From Chitinophaga pinensis (GTDB lineage: Bacteria; Bacteroidota; Bacteroidia; Chitinophagales; Chitinophagaceae): a stretch of 64,000 bases of DNA. A model generated the notes under the pieces. It was not told the DNA's origin. It made no database searches and saw nothing but the letters and a program-made list of their open reading frames with translations. The translations under genes and the position numbers were made by a program. The DNA is taken from contig CAMBEI010000003.1 in the NCBI GenBank assembly GCA_945865645.1, positions 8,308 through 72,307 of the forward strand, in the 5' to 3' direction. This document shows, one piece after another, positions 39,201 to 48,224 of this stretch; the stretch's first letter is position 1, and each line of letters opens with the position of its first letter.

Positions 39201-39609
39201 ACTGTGTCCATTTATAATAAAGGGGATCGCTGGTTTTTAGTTCTCTATCCCAATCATAACAAAAACCAATTTTATCCAACTGCGATTTAAAAGTAGTAAT
39301 ATTCTTTTCGGTGGTTGTAGCAGGGTGCTGCCCAGTTTCTAATGCATATTGCTCGGCAGGCAACCCAAAACTATCGAACCCCATAGGATGTAAAACATTA
39401 AAGCCTTTTAATCTTTTATAACGGCTATAAATATCGCTAGCAATATATCCTAATGGATGCCCCACATGTAACCCTATGCCACTTGGATAAGGAAACATAT
39501 CCAGTACATAAAATTTTGGCTTTAAGGAATTATTAGCTATTTTATAAGTTTCATTTTTTTTCCAAGCAGCCTGCCAAATGAGTTCAATCTTTCTAAAATC
39601 GTATTCCAT
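36274..39609 (-). CDS. leuS: Leucine--tRNA ligase with in-frame DUF559 and palindromic insertions
   Basis: MFPYPSG..LHVGH, editing domain YTTRPDT, GTGAIMAVP, KMSKS; 1111 aa, longer than typical. Confidence 0.97.
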   Translation of the reverse strand: MEYDFRKIELIWQAAWKKNETYKIANNSLKPKFYVLDMFPYPSGIGLHVGHPLGYIASDIYSRYKRLKGFNVLHPMGFDSFGLPAEQYALETGQHPATTTEKNITTFKSQLDKIGFCYDWDRELKTSDPLYYKWTQWIFLQLFNSYFCNTQKKALPISLLIKKYETKGAMPITGEIIPGKHFTASEWNEFTKQRQEEILMNRRLAFSKYGEVNWCAVLGTVLANDEVVNGVSERGGHLVEKKKMRQWYLRITDYADRLLEGLQTVDFSDSMKEMQRNWIGKSEGAQINFEIKDIPQKISIYTTRPDTIFGADFMVLAPEHELISSITITEKQEEVAKYIHYVKSRSERERIAEVKQITGCFTGAYAINSFTEKKIPIWIAEYVLAGYGTGAIMAVPCADQRDFLFAKHFNIPITNIIGSYYTGENANNSKEAILENSDFLNGLLMKDAIGIAINKMEALGIGEKKVNYRMRDAGFSRQRYWGEPFPIIWSDGIALPLDAKELPLQLPHVNTYGPGPDGEGPLANIKEWSSLIIPLQERTEKELSPNYSIMEKDNEVPGYINSSVHQWKNTISFAKQNRKDTTAEEDIIWQELRDKKIAGCKLRRQHPIAGYIPDFVCLEKKIIIEIDREYNNNEEQKLFDKGREEWLKEAGFNMIRFTNYQVNNALDIVIKDIEQAILNNDKVALNAGSNNPIFTRGTGVEVKRETSTMPGYAGSSWYFLRFMDPNNTQIFCDRKISNYWNQVDLYVGGTEHAVGHLLYSRMWTKVLFDLDLIGFDEPFKKLLNQGMIQGSSRFVYRKKNTNKFYSYDTILDELLFDKIHVDVNIVNGVELNIEAFKKWRPEYENAEFILSNDIYVCGTEVEKMSKSKYNTVNPDELCEKYGADTFRMYEMFLGPVETSKPWDTKGIEGVHRFLRKLWRLFYDDFKGPIWTTTTPAPLERSGGEAATDAELKVLHRTIKKIEEDTERFSFNTAISTFMICVNELTDLKCHKKEILQPLLILLSPYAPHISEELFQQLNFDQISFSEGDLQGGSIFDASYPTFNSSLLAETTKEYPVSINGKLRTNILLALDLEQQQVEEIILQNEIIQKWLEGNPPKKIIFVKNKMINVVI
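36513..36550 (-). repeat. REP-like palindromic insert inside leuS (in frame, encodes QISFSEGDLQGGS)
   Basis: C-rich tail plus 9-bp perfect stem caaatctcc (36523-31) / ggagatttg (36541-49). Confidence 0.75.
36777..36809 (-). repeat. REP-like palindromic insert inside leuS (encodes PAPLERSGGEA)
   Basis: cttcaccccccgacctctctaaaggagcgggag; same architecture as the ends of the DUF559 element. Confidence 0.75.
37506..38024 (-). mobile_element. 519-bp in-frame element in leuS: DUF559/Vsr-like endonuclease flanked by inverted REP-like ends
   Basis: Ends cctc-N8-tccctct-N5-hairpin in inverted orientation at 37506 and 38024; core FAKQNRK.T.AEE.IWQELR..K.RRQHPIAGYIPDFVC..IIEID..RF.N. Confidence 0.75.
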
Positions 39610-39759
39610 TTTTAACGCAATAATTTTAATCTTTTTATGATCTGTATTTTAATAAAAATCATCTAAACAAATGTGAAAGAAAAGTTATTTAATCCTTAAT
39701 TGCTAATCCTGCTATATATTTATAAAAATTAAATAGTTTAGCAATCGTTTTAAAGAGAG

Positions 39760-39797
39760 CAAAAATACGGCAAAGCAGGTAAAAACCTTTATTTTTG
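39760..39797. promoter_or_regulatory. Divergent -7 elements for leuS and ftsX
   Basis: TATTTTTG on - strand at 39760-67 and on + strand at 39790-97. Confidence 0.7.
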
Positions 39798-39845
39798 CCT
39801 GTGTTGAACCTATTAAACATACCAACTTATTAATAACAAGACATT

Positions 39846-40724
39846 ATGGCCCAATTTGGAAAGGCAAGTAGTAAAAGAGGTAAACCCACTTATGCATACG
39901 CTATTATAGGGGTGTCGTTGGTTTTATTTTTATTTGGTATTGTGGGCTGGTTTTTTTTAAACCTTCGTAAAACGGGCGATTATGTAAAAGAAAATATCCA
40001 AGTGCATGCTTGGTTAAACCCAAATGCTTCAAAAAAGAAAATTGACAGCCTTCAAAATTATATTAAGTCTATTCCATACGCAAAAGAAGTACAATACGTA
40101 ACCACAGAAATGGCCATACAAAAATGGAATAATAGTAATGATACTATTTGGAAAAAGTTTATTGACGAAAACCCTTTGCCCGAAAGTATTGATTTTTATA
40201 TAAAAGCAAATTATGTACAAAAAGATAGTTTGGATATACTTTCGCTGAATTTATTAACCCGATATCCAGGAATTATAAAAGAATTTCAGTTTCCTACAGA
40301 AACCATTTCACAGGTAAGTAAATTTGTAAAAACTGCAGCTTATGTATTTTTAATAGCGGCCATTTTGTTAACCGTATTAGTTATTTTTTCAATTGATAAT
40401 ACTATTAGGCTAGCCATGTACAGTAATAGGTTTTTAATAAAAACTATGCAAATGGTAGGTGCCACACGCTGGTTTATTGCAAAACCTATAAATATAAGAG
40501 CGGTTATTAATGGTTTAACAGCCTCGGGCATAGCTATTATTTCAGTTTGGTTTACTGTATTATTAATAGAAACAACTGTGCCAAGTTTTAAAGTTTTACA
40601 TGATAATACCACTATGTGTTTGTTATTTTTAGTAATTACTATTTTAGGTATTAGTATATCTTTATTTAGCACCCATCGTTCGGTAATTAAATACCTACGT
40701 ATGAAATTGGATGATTTATATTAA
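39846..40724 (+). CDS. ftsX: Cell division permease FtsX
   Basis: ENPLPESI, IDNTIRLAMYSNRFLIKTMQMVGATRWFI.KP. Confidence 0.93.
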   Translation: MAQFGKASSKRGKPTYAYAIIGVSLVLFLFGIVGWFFLNLRKTGDYVKENIQVHAWLNPNASKKKIDSLQNYIKSIPYAKEVQYVTTEMAIQKWNNSNDTIWKKFIDENPLPESIDFYIKANYVQKDSLDILSLNLLTRYPGIIKEFQFPTETISQVSKFVKTAAYVFLIAAILLTVLVIFSIDNTIRLAMYSNRFLIKTMQMVGATRWFIAKPINIRAVINGLTASGIAIISVWFTVLLIETTVPSFKVLHDNTTMCLLFLVITILGISISLFSTHRSVIKYLRMKLDDLY

Positions 40725-40747
40725 TTTACAAATTCAATTAAAATAAA

Positions 40748-41008
40748 ATGAGTACAGAAAAAAAACAAATAAATTTAATCAAACCTTCTAATCAACTATT
40801 TGGAAAGGATAATTATATCTGGATGCTCGTTGGCCTAGGGGTTTTAGCATTAGGCTTTTTTTTAATGGCAGGAGGCAAGAGTAGCGACCCAAAAGTATTT
40901 AATGCAGAAGAGGTTTACAGCAGTACAAGAATTACGATTGCGCCCATGTTAATTATTGCTGGTTTCATTATTGAAATTTTTGCAATAATGAAAAAATCAA
41001 AAAGCTAA
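40748..41008 (+). CDS. DUF3098 family small membrane protein
   Basis: FGKDNY.WML.G..GF.LMAGG..DP..F..E.YS.TRI.IAP; typical ftsX-DUF3098-uppP context. Confidence 0.85.
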   Translation: MSTEKKQINLIKPSNQLFGKDNYIWMLVGLGVLALGFFLMAGGKSSDPKVFNAEEVYSSTRITIAPMLIIAGFIIEIFAIMKKSKS

Positions 41009-41114
41009 TACCTTTTTTTATAAAGCATTTTCCGGCTTGTTAATTTGAAAAAGATACTCAGGTTTACAAACCTGTTTCTATTTACCAGCTAGTAACGCAA
41101 TTAACAACAAATAA

Positions 41115-41909
41115 ATGGATACCATACAAAGCATCATTATTGGCATAGTGGAGGGATTAACAGAGTTTTTGCCCGTCTCCTCTACGGGTCATATGATTAT
41201 TACAGAAAAACTTTTACATATTACAGAAAATGACTTTAGCAAAGTATTTACCATTGCTATTCAGCTGGGTGCCATATTAGCTGTAGTTGTTTTATACTGG
41301 AAAAAATTTTTTAATTTTAAAAACTGGCAGTTTTATGCAAAAATTACTGCTGGTGTTTTGCCTGCTTTGATATTTGGTTTTTTATTTTCAAAAAAAATAG
41401 ATGCCCTACTAGAGAGTTCTACAACTATTGCTGTTTCGCTTTTAGTGGGTGGAATTATACTTTTGTTTATTGATCATGTTTTTAAAAATGAGGAAATAGA
41501 TAAGGAAGAAGATATCTCCTTTTTAAAAGCCATCCTTATCGGGGTTTGGCAATGTGTTGCTATGATACCCGGTGTTAGTCGTAGTGCCGCTAGCATTATT
41601 GGAGGTATGCAGCAAAAATTAAGCCGAAGTGCTGCCGCAGAATTTTCTTTCTTTTTAGCCGTGCCAACCATGCTAGCTGCAACAAGTTATAAGCTGTTAA
41701 CATATTATCAAGATTATGGCGGATTTACATCAAACGAAATAAAGCAACTGGCCATTGGTAATGCAGTAGCTTTTATTGTAGGGTTAATTGCCATTAGGTT
41801 TTTTATTAGGTTTTTAAAAAAACATGGCTTTAAAGTTTGGGGATATTATAGAATCATTGTGGGAATTACATTACTTATATTAATATATACTGGAAATATA
41901 AAATTTTAG
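41115..41909 (+). CDS. uppP: Undecaprenyl-diphosphate phosphatase
   Basis: VEGLTEFLPVSSTGH, IQLGAILAV, PGVSRS, AAEFSFFLAVP. Confidence 0.97.
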   Translation: MDTIQSIIIGIVEGLTEFLPVSSTGHMIITEKLLHITENDFSKVFTIAIQLGAILAVVVLYWKKFFNFKNWQFYAKITAGVLPALIFGFLFSKKIDALLESSTTIAVSLLVGGIILLFIDHVFKNEEIDKEEDISFLKAILIGVWQCVAMIPGVSRSAASIIGGMQQKLSRSAAAEFSFFLAVPTMLAATSYKLLTYYQDYGGFTSNEIKQLAIGNAVAFIVGLIAIRFFIRFLKKHGFKVWGYYRIIVGITLLILIYTGNIKF

Positions 41910-41947
41910 TAAAAAAACAGTACCTTTAAAATAAATAGATAAAATCT

Positions 41948-43834
41948 ATGACTCGCTTTAGATTAATTCGTCTACTTTCTCATACATTTTTACCTCGTTG
42001 GATAATTTTTTTTCTAGATATAATTTGGCTAATTACAGTAAGTTTAATATCATACTTAGTTACTATAAAAGGGAATATTAATAATTCTGACATTGCCTGG
42101 CTTGTTAATTACACCTTGTATAGTGTAATTATTTACTCCATTTTTTTTATACTTTTTAAGTCTTATGCTGGCGTGGTGCGTCTAAGTGGCTCAACAGATT
42201 TTTTTAAGCTAGCCAAGGTTACTATTTTTAGCCTAATAATAATTTTATTAATCCCCTATTTTTTAAATTTTAAAAGAACAATATTTATAAATGCTGATTT
42301 AAATATGTCTGTGTTGCAAGCTTTATTTTTTTTATCTGGGACGGTATTTTGGCGTTTGACAATAAAAGAATTGTTTTTATTTATATCATTATATCGTGAA
42401 AAAAAAGTAGGCGGTATTTTAATATATGGATGTGGAAGTCTTGGTCTTAACGCACAGATAGCCTTGCTAGAAAAAAATAATACTAGAAAAAAAATAATAG
42501 GTTTTATTGATGATAATAAAAGTAAAATAGGAAAAATTATAAATGGAATTCCTGTTTATAGTATGTATACTATAGATGAGTTATTTGTGGAAGATCATAA
42601 AATAGATGAGATATTTGTAGCTATTAGTAAGCTAAATGATTCTAAGCTCAATGATTTAAGTACCCTTGCTTTAAATTTGAGAGTTGAAATACGTCGTGTG
42701 CCAGAAATTAGTACGTGGATAAATGGAGATTTAACTTACAAGCAAATACGACAAATATCTATAGAGGATTTGTTGGGCCGCAATCCCATTGAAATTTCTT
42801 ATACTTCTCTAAATGGGTTTATAAAAGATAAGGTTATTTTGATAACTGGCGCTGCAGGGTCCATTGGATCTGAATTGGTACGTCAAGTAATAATGCAATC
42901 ACCAAAATATGTAATTGCGTTAGATAATGCCGAAACCCCCTTATATAATTTGGAGCAAGAAATGATATTAGATTTTAATCATCTGAATTTTATAACAATT
43001 ATCGCCTCCATTTCCGATTACGAACGAATGCAGTTTGTATTTGAAGAATATAAGCCCGATATCATTTTCCACGCTGCCGCTTATAAGCATGTGCCATTAA
43101 TGGAAAAAAATATTACAGAAGCTTATAAAACAAACTGTTTAGGGACAGAAATTTTAGTTAGATTAGCCTACGAACATAAGACACCTAAATTTATAATGAT
43201 TTCTTCTGATAAGGCCGTGAATCCAACTAATATAATGGGAGCTACTAAACGCATAGCAGAGCAAATAGTATTATTTTACGGTGATAAAGCAGACAACAAA
43301 ACTTGCTTTGTGACCACAAGATTTGGTAATGTTTTAGGCAGTAATGGCAGTGTTGTTCCACTTTTTAAAGAGCAAATTAAGAAAGGGGGTCCTATAACCA
43401 TTACCGACTTTAGAATTACAAGATATTTTATGACCATACCCGAAGCTGTTCGGTTGGTATTAGAGGCTGGATATATGGGTACCATAAATCAGCTTTATGT
43501 ATTTGATATGGGAAAGCCTGTACTAATTTACGAATTAGCGAAAAATATGATCAAGCTTAGCGGCTTAATTCTTAATAAAGATATTGAAATAAAAGAAGTT
43601 GGTCTTCGCCCTGGAGAAAAGCTGTATGAAGAGCTTTTCTCCAGTAGCGATGTGATGCAAAAAACCCATCATCCCAAAATTTTTATCACCATGCAAACAG
43701 AAGAAAAAATAAATTTATTTGAAAAAGGAATCAAAAAAATAATTACAACAGATCCTAATAATAAAGAAGATTTATTAATATTGATTAAAGATCTGGTACC
43801 AGAATATAATTATGGGAGTATGGTATGGCCCTAG
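41948..43834 (+). CDS. Membrane-bound UDP-GlcNAc 4,6-dehydratase (WbpM/PglF/CapD family)
   Basis: N-terminal TMs, IEDLLGR, ITGAAGSIGSEL, FHAAAYKHVPLME, SSDKAVNP, RFGNVLGSNGSV. Confidence 0.95.
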   Translation: MTRFRLIRLLSHTFLPRWIIFFLDIIWLITVSLISYLVTIKGNINNSDIAWLVNYTLYSVIIYSIFFILFKSYAGVVRLSGSTDFFKLAKVTIFSLIIILLIPYFLNFKRTIFINADLNMSVLQALFFLSGTVFWRLTIKELFLFISLYREKKVGGILIYGCGSLGLNAQIALLEKNNTRKKIIGFIDDNKSKIGKIINGIPVYSMYTIDELFVEDHKIDEIFVAISKLNDSKLNDLSTLALNLRVEIRRVPEISTWINGDLTYKQIRQISIEDLLGRNPIEISYTSLNGFIKDKVILITGAAGSIGSELVRQVIMQSPKYVIALDNAETPLYNLEQEMILDFNHLNFITIIASISDYERMQFVFEEYKPDIIFHAAAYKHVPLMEKNITEAYKTNCLGTEILVRLAYEHKTPKFIMISSDKAVNPTNIMGATKRIAEQIVLFYGDKADNKTCFVTTRFGNVLGSNGSVVPLFKEQIKKGGPITITDFRITRYFMTIPEAVRLVLEAGYMGTINQLYVFDMGKPVLIYELAKNMIKLSGLILNKDIEIKEVGLRPGEKLYEELFSSSDVMQKTHHPKIFITMQTEEKINLFEKGIKKIITTDPNNKEDLLILIKDLVPEYNYGSMVWP

Positions 43835-44020
43835 CTACCTGAACAGCTTGAGGATGCCATAGGGGAATTTGTTGAGTATTATAATCACCAACACCGCCAT
43901 GAGTCACTACAAAATGTCATGCCTGCAGACATGTATTATGGTATAAAAGAACAAATCCTTGAACAAAGGGAATTTATCAAAAAAAGTCCTGAAAAATTAA
44001 ATTCTGTGTTAAATGATTAA
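43835..44020 (+). pseudogene. IS3/IS481-like transposase C-terminal remnant
   Basis: LPEQLEDAIGEFVEYYNHQHRHESLQNVMPADMYYG..QILEQRE.IK resembles the integrase-core C-terminus; no start, no TIRs seen. Confidence 0.8.
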
Positions 44021-44048
44021 TTTTAACAGAGAAAAATGACAAAGAAAT

Positions 44049-45188
44049 ATGGCCCAAATATTAAATAAAAATAAAATTATTATTTTTGGTGTTGTACAAG
44101 ATACGATTATCAACTTTAGATATGATTTGATACTAAAATTACAAGAATGTAATTATTTAGTTGAAATTATTGTGACAAATCCAACATTACATTTTATTGA
44201 AAAAATGTTAGAGAAAGGGATAATTGTACATTCGCTAAATTTAAAGAGAAGAAGTTATAATTTATTAAACCTTTTTCAAGAGTATTTAAAATTTAAAAAA
44301 ATAATATTTAATAGCCAACCCGATTTAATTTTTTCGTATACGATTAAGCCTATTTTAATTTCTTCATGCTTACGAAAAAGAAATAATTATTTTAAATTGA
44401 TTTTACTATTTGAAGGATTAGGAAGTATGTTTGATAGTAACAATATAGTAAAAAAAATTAAAAAAAATATATTTACTAAAATATATAAAAAATATATACC
44501 ATACGCAGACACTGCTATTTTTTTAAATAAAGAAGACAAAAATTGTTTTGAATCATTAAAAATATGTGATACTAGTAAAGCATTTTGTATTAATGGTATT
44601 GGAATAAACCTAACTAAATTTAAATATCATCCTTTAAAGATTAATAAGGAAATAATATTTCTTTTCATTGGAAGATTAATTAAGGAGAAGGGAATTTATG
44701 ATTTTATTGAAGCTGCAAAAATAATAAAAAAGAAATATTCAGAAGTTAAGTTCAGGGTGGTTGGGCAAATTGAAAATGACGGAATGAAGTTAGCTGAAAT
44801 TTTAAAATTCCAAAATGAAGGTACAATAGAGTATTTAGGTGTTTTGAATGATATTAGACAGGCGATAATTGAATCTTCAGTTTTTGTTTTGCCAACATAT
44901 TATAACGAAGGACTTCCTAAAAGTATTTTAGAGTCATTGGCAATAGGAAGAGCTATTGTTACAACCAATACTAAAGGATGTAATCAAACAGTTTTAAATG
45001 GAGAAAATGGCTTTTTCGTTCCTATCAAAAATCCAAGTGAACTATCCAATATTTTGATTAAATTCATCAAATCACCACATTTATTGTATGAAATGAGTCA
45101 AAAAAGTAGATTAATTGCCGAAAATATTTTTTCCGATAAAATAATTAATGAATCTCTTCTAACCATTTTAAATAGACTAAGAAAATAG
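44049..45188 (+). CDS. GT4 glycosyltransferase (PglA/CapM-like)
   Basis: FSYTIKP, GLGS, FIGRLIKEKG, EGLPKSILE, GENGF. Confidence 0.9.
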   Translation: MAQILNKNKIIIFGVVQDTIINFRYDLILKLQECNYLVEIIVTNPTLHFIEKMLEKGIIVHSLNLKRRSYNLLNLFQEYLKFKKIIFNSQPDLIFSYTIKPILISSCLRKRNNYFKLILLFEGLGSMFDSNNIVKKIKKNIFTKIYKKYIPYADTAIFLNKEDKNCFESLKICDTSKAFCINGIGINLTKFKYHPLKINKEIIFLFIGRLIKEKGIYDFIEAAKIIKKKYSEVKFRVVGQIENDGMKLAEILKFQNEGTIEYLGVLNDIRQAIIESSVFVLPTYYNEGLPKSILESLAIGRAIVTTNTKGCNQTVLNGENGFFVPIKNPSELSNILIKFIKSPHLLYEMSQKSRLIAENIFSDKIINESLLTILNRLRK

Positions 45189-45363
45189 ATTTTCCCAATA
45201 AATTATCTTAAAGTAAATTAATTTATAAAGCTTAGGGGAAAATAGTTGCCAATTGATTAATTATGCAACTGAAACTAGAAAGAACTTCTAGTTAATTAGA
45301 AAGAATCAAGTGTCGCAGGTGTCGACATTTCTGAAACTATACATTAGAGGTCGGGTCACCTTT

Positions 45364-45915
45364 TTATTTTCTCACCCTATCCCCAAACCCTTTACCAAAT
45401 ACGGTAAGGAATATGTACTTAAAGTAGTACCACACATTGAGGTGGTCAATCATCTTGGCGTCGGTTTCTGCCAAGAGTTGGGGGGTGGACATGTCAATTT
45501 TATTGATTTGTGCCAATCCCGTAATACCAGGACGAATCGAATACACCCCTTTTTTGCCTCGTTCTTCAATTAATTCTATTTGATTGAACAAATTGGGACG
45601 AGGCCCCACAAAACTCATATCACCCATCAGCACATTGAATAACTGAGGGAGTTCATCCAATTTAGATTTACGCAGGAAACTACCAAAGGGTGTTATGGAT
45701 GAAGAACTTGCCAAATGCGTCGCAACGGATTGTGTATTGACATGCATGGACCGAAACTTCATCAATCGGAATGGTTGTTTACCCTGCCCTAAACGTTCTT
45801 GACGAAAGATGGGAGAACCCGTATCAAAATACCCAATGATTATTAATACGATCAATATTGGACTTAGAAGGACTAAACCAAAGAAAGAAAGAAAAAAATC
45901 GAAAATACGAGTCAC
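45364..45915 (-). CDS. Initiating sugar-phosphate transferase (small Bac_transf/PglC-like)
   Basis: F.QERLG, KFRSM, LRKSKLDELPQLFNVLMGDMSFVGPRP, RPGITGLAQ. Confidence 0.93.
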   Translation of the reverse strand: MTRIFDFFLSFFGLVLLSPILIVLIIIGYFDTGSPIFRQERLGQGKQPFRLMKFRSMHVNTQSVATHLASSSSITPFGSFLRKSKLDELPQLFNVLMGDMSFVGPRPNLFNQIELIEERGKKGVYSIRPGITGLAQINKIDMSTPQLLAETDAKMIDHLNVWYYFKYIFLTVFGKGFGDRVRK

Positions 45916-46793
45916 TAGTTATTGAATGATTTAAATGTTTTTAATAATCCTTCTCTACTGGACACAGGTAAGGGTTTACCGATTGCCGCTTTAATTTTGG
46001 CATTACTCACCACATAGGATGAAGTCAATTTTTGTAACCGCTCTTTGTTGAGTGGAAAACGCAGTTTATCTCCTATGGAAGCAACCCCTTCTATAAACTT
46101 CTTTGAAATATTCCAAAGCTTCGGGTTTCTATTTTGTGATTGCGCAATTAACCCAATCAAATCATTGGTAGAAAGCGGTTCATCGTCTGAAACATTATAA
46201 ATACCTGATGGAATATCCTCCCTCTCAATGAGCTCTTTTAAAATGAACATTAAGTTATCAATACTACAGAAAGAACGCTTGTTTTCAAAAGCCCCAAGTG
46301 GCCAAGGAATATTCTTTGAAACGAGTTTATACAATAAATTCAAATTCCCTTTATTGCCCGGGCCATGAATCATGCAAGGCCTTAATACATACACTCGTTT
46401 ACCCTCAGGAATTTCTTTTGAGAAAATATATTGTTCGGCCAATAATTTGCTTTTACCGTAGTGAGTTATTGGAATTAGGCCGTGGTCTTCTGTTAATATA
46501 CCTTCCACATCATCTGCAACCGCTTTTACAGAACTCAGCGTGATAAATACATTTGCTTCAGAAGCAAGAAAGGCATCGTAAACTTTTTTTGTAAGCTCAG
46601 TATTGACATCATAGTATTCTTGTGAAGAAGATGTATTTTTTAAGTCGTGGGCTTTACCGGCAAGGTGGATAACGACTTCAGCACCATCAATATTCGATTC
46701 TTTACCTCTTGAAGAAACATGAGTAATTTCATTTTTAAAATGATTTAAAAATGAACTACCAACAAAACCTGATGAACCTGTTAGATAAATCAT
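45915..46793 (-). CDS. NAD-dependent epimerase/reductase (WbpV-like)
   Basis: TGSSGFVG, HLAGKAH, YGKSK, RP.MIHGPGNKGNL. Confidence 0.9.
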   Translation of the reverse strand: MIYLTGSSGFVGSSFLNHFKNEITHVSSRGKESNIDGAEVVIHLAGKAHDLKNTSSSQEYYDVNTELTKKVYDAFLASEANVFITLSSVKAVADDVEGILTEDHGLIPITHYGKSKLLAEQYIFSKEIPEGKRVYVLRPCMIHGPGNKGNLNLLYKLVSKNIPWPLGAFENKRSFCSIDNLMFILKELIEREDIPSGIYNVSDDEPLSTNDLIGLIAQSQNRNPKLWNISKKFIEGVASIGDKLRFPLNKERLQKLTSSYVVSNAKIKAAIGKPLPVSSREGLLKTFKSFNN

Positions 46794-47269
46794 CTTCCAA
46801 AATCATCTTGTAATCGAACAATATCATTTTCATCTGAAGGATTATCTGTATCGGTATGTTGCCAAATCTCTGCCACGACCGCATAATCTTCTAAACCGAC
46901 AAGACGGTGAGGCTCACTTTGAAGTATTGTGATCGTTGCGCCCACATTTAATATTTCTAATTCATTTTCCGAATCGGTATTGCTTCTTACTAACCCTGCC
47001 TGACCTTGAATAACCCGCCAAATTTCCGCCCTTCTGTGATGGTATTGCCACGATAACCTCTTATTAGGTGCTACTATCAGTATTTTGGGACTCAACTTGC
47101 CTGATATTTTCAAACTTGAAACATCCAAACCATCAAAATATACATCCGCAAAACGTTGAGCTTGTTCTTCTGCAATTACAAAAAAACCACCCCAAGGACG
47201 GTTATGATCTTTATCAACAATTCTAAAATGTTGTTCTTCTAACGCGCTTTGAACTGAACTAAATATCAT
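46790..47269 (-). CDS. Cupin, mannose-6-phosphate isomerase type II C-terminal-like
   Basis: RPWGGF, RLSWQYHHRRAEIW, SDENDIVRLQDDFGR. Confidence 0.85.
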   Translation of the reverse strand: MIFSSVQSALEEQHFRIVDKDHNRPWGGFFVIAEEQAQRFADVYFDGLDVSSLKISGKLSPKILIVAPNKRLSWQYHHRRAEIWRVIQGQAGLVRSNTDSENELEILNVGATITILQSEPHRLVGLEDYAVVAEIWQHTDTDNPSDENDIVRLQDDFGR

Positions 47270-47274
47270 AGAAA

Positions 47275-48207
47275 TTAAGACCAATTATACTCTTTCACTT
47301 CATTGTATACTTTCCCAATACCTTCTTCCAGAGTAGTACTAGAACGCCAACCTAGGTCAGCTAACTTAGAGACATCCATTAACTTCCGTGGAGTACCATC
47401 TGGCTTAGTAGTATCAGTCAGAATCTCGCCCTCAAATCCTACAATTTTCTTGACTAATCGCGCTAGATCAATAATTGAAATATCCTCACCTACACCAATA
47501 TTAACCAAACCACTATCATTATAATTTTCCATCAAATACAAACATGCTGAAGCAAGATCATCCGAATGTAAAAATTCTCTTTTCGGAGCACCAGTACCCC
47601 AAATTTTTACTGATGATTCACCGTTACGCTTAGCGGTTATGAACTTTCTGAGAAGAGCTGGCAATACGTGTGAGTTGTTTAGGTCGTAATTGTCGTTAGG
47701 GCCATACAAATTTGTTGGCATTACCGAGATAAAATTACAACCATACTGTGCACGATATGCATCGCACATCTTTATTCCAGCAATTTTAGCAATGGCATAG
47801 GGTTCATTGGTATCTTCCAGTAAACCAGTCAATAAATATTCTTCTTTTAAAGGTTGTGATGCTAATTTGGGATAAATACAAGAAGACCCTAAAAACAATA
47901 ATTTTTTAACTCCATTTAAATAAGAATGATGAATCACATTCGACTGAATCATAATGTTCTCGTAAATGAAATCCGCTCTATAAGTGTTATTAGCAACAAT
48001 ACCTCCGACTTTGGCTGCAGCTAAAAAAACATACTCCGGTTTTTCAACAGATAAGAAATCAGCAACATCTTGTTGATTTCTTAAATCCAATTCAGAAGAA
48101 GCTCTTAATACAAAATTAGTGTAGCCTCTTGACTGCAAAGCACGTAAGATGGACGAACCTACCATTCCGCGATGCCCAGCAATATAAACTTTAGATGATT
48201 TATCCAT
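47275..48207 (-). CDS. fcl: GDP-L-fucose synthase
   Basis: AGHRGMVGS, AAAKVGGI.AN, GSSCIYP, YAIAKIAG, TNLYGPNDN, KPDGTPRK. Confidence 0.97.
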   Translation of the reverse strand: MDKSSKVYIAGHRGMVGSSILRALQSRGYTNFVLRASSELDLRNQQDVADFLSVEKPEYVFLAAAKVGGIVANNTYRADFIYENIMIQSNVIHHSYLNGVKKLLFLGSSCIYPKLASQPLKEEYLLTGLLEDTNEPYAIAKIAGIKMCDAYRAQYGCNFISVMPTNLYGPNDNYDLNNSHVLPALLRKFITAKRNGESSVKIWGTGAPKREFLHSDDLASACLYLMENYNDSGLVNIGVGEDISIIDLARLVKKIVGFEGEILTDTTKPDGTPRKLMDVSKLADLGWRSSTTLEEGIGKVYNEVKEYNWS

Positions 48208-48224
48208 GGTATTGATATGAGAAT

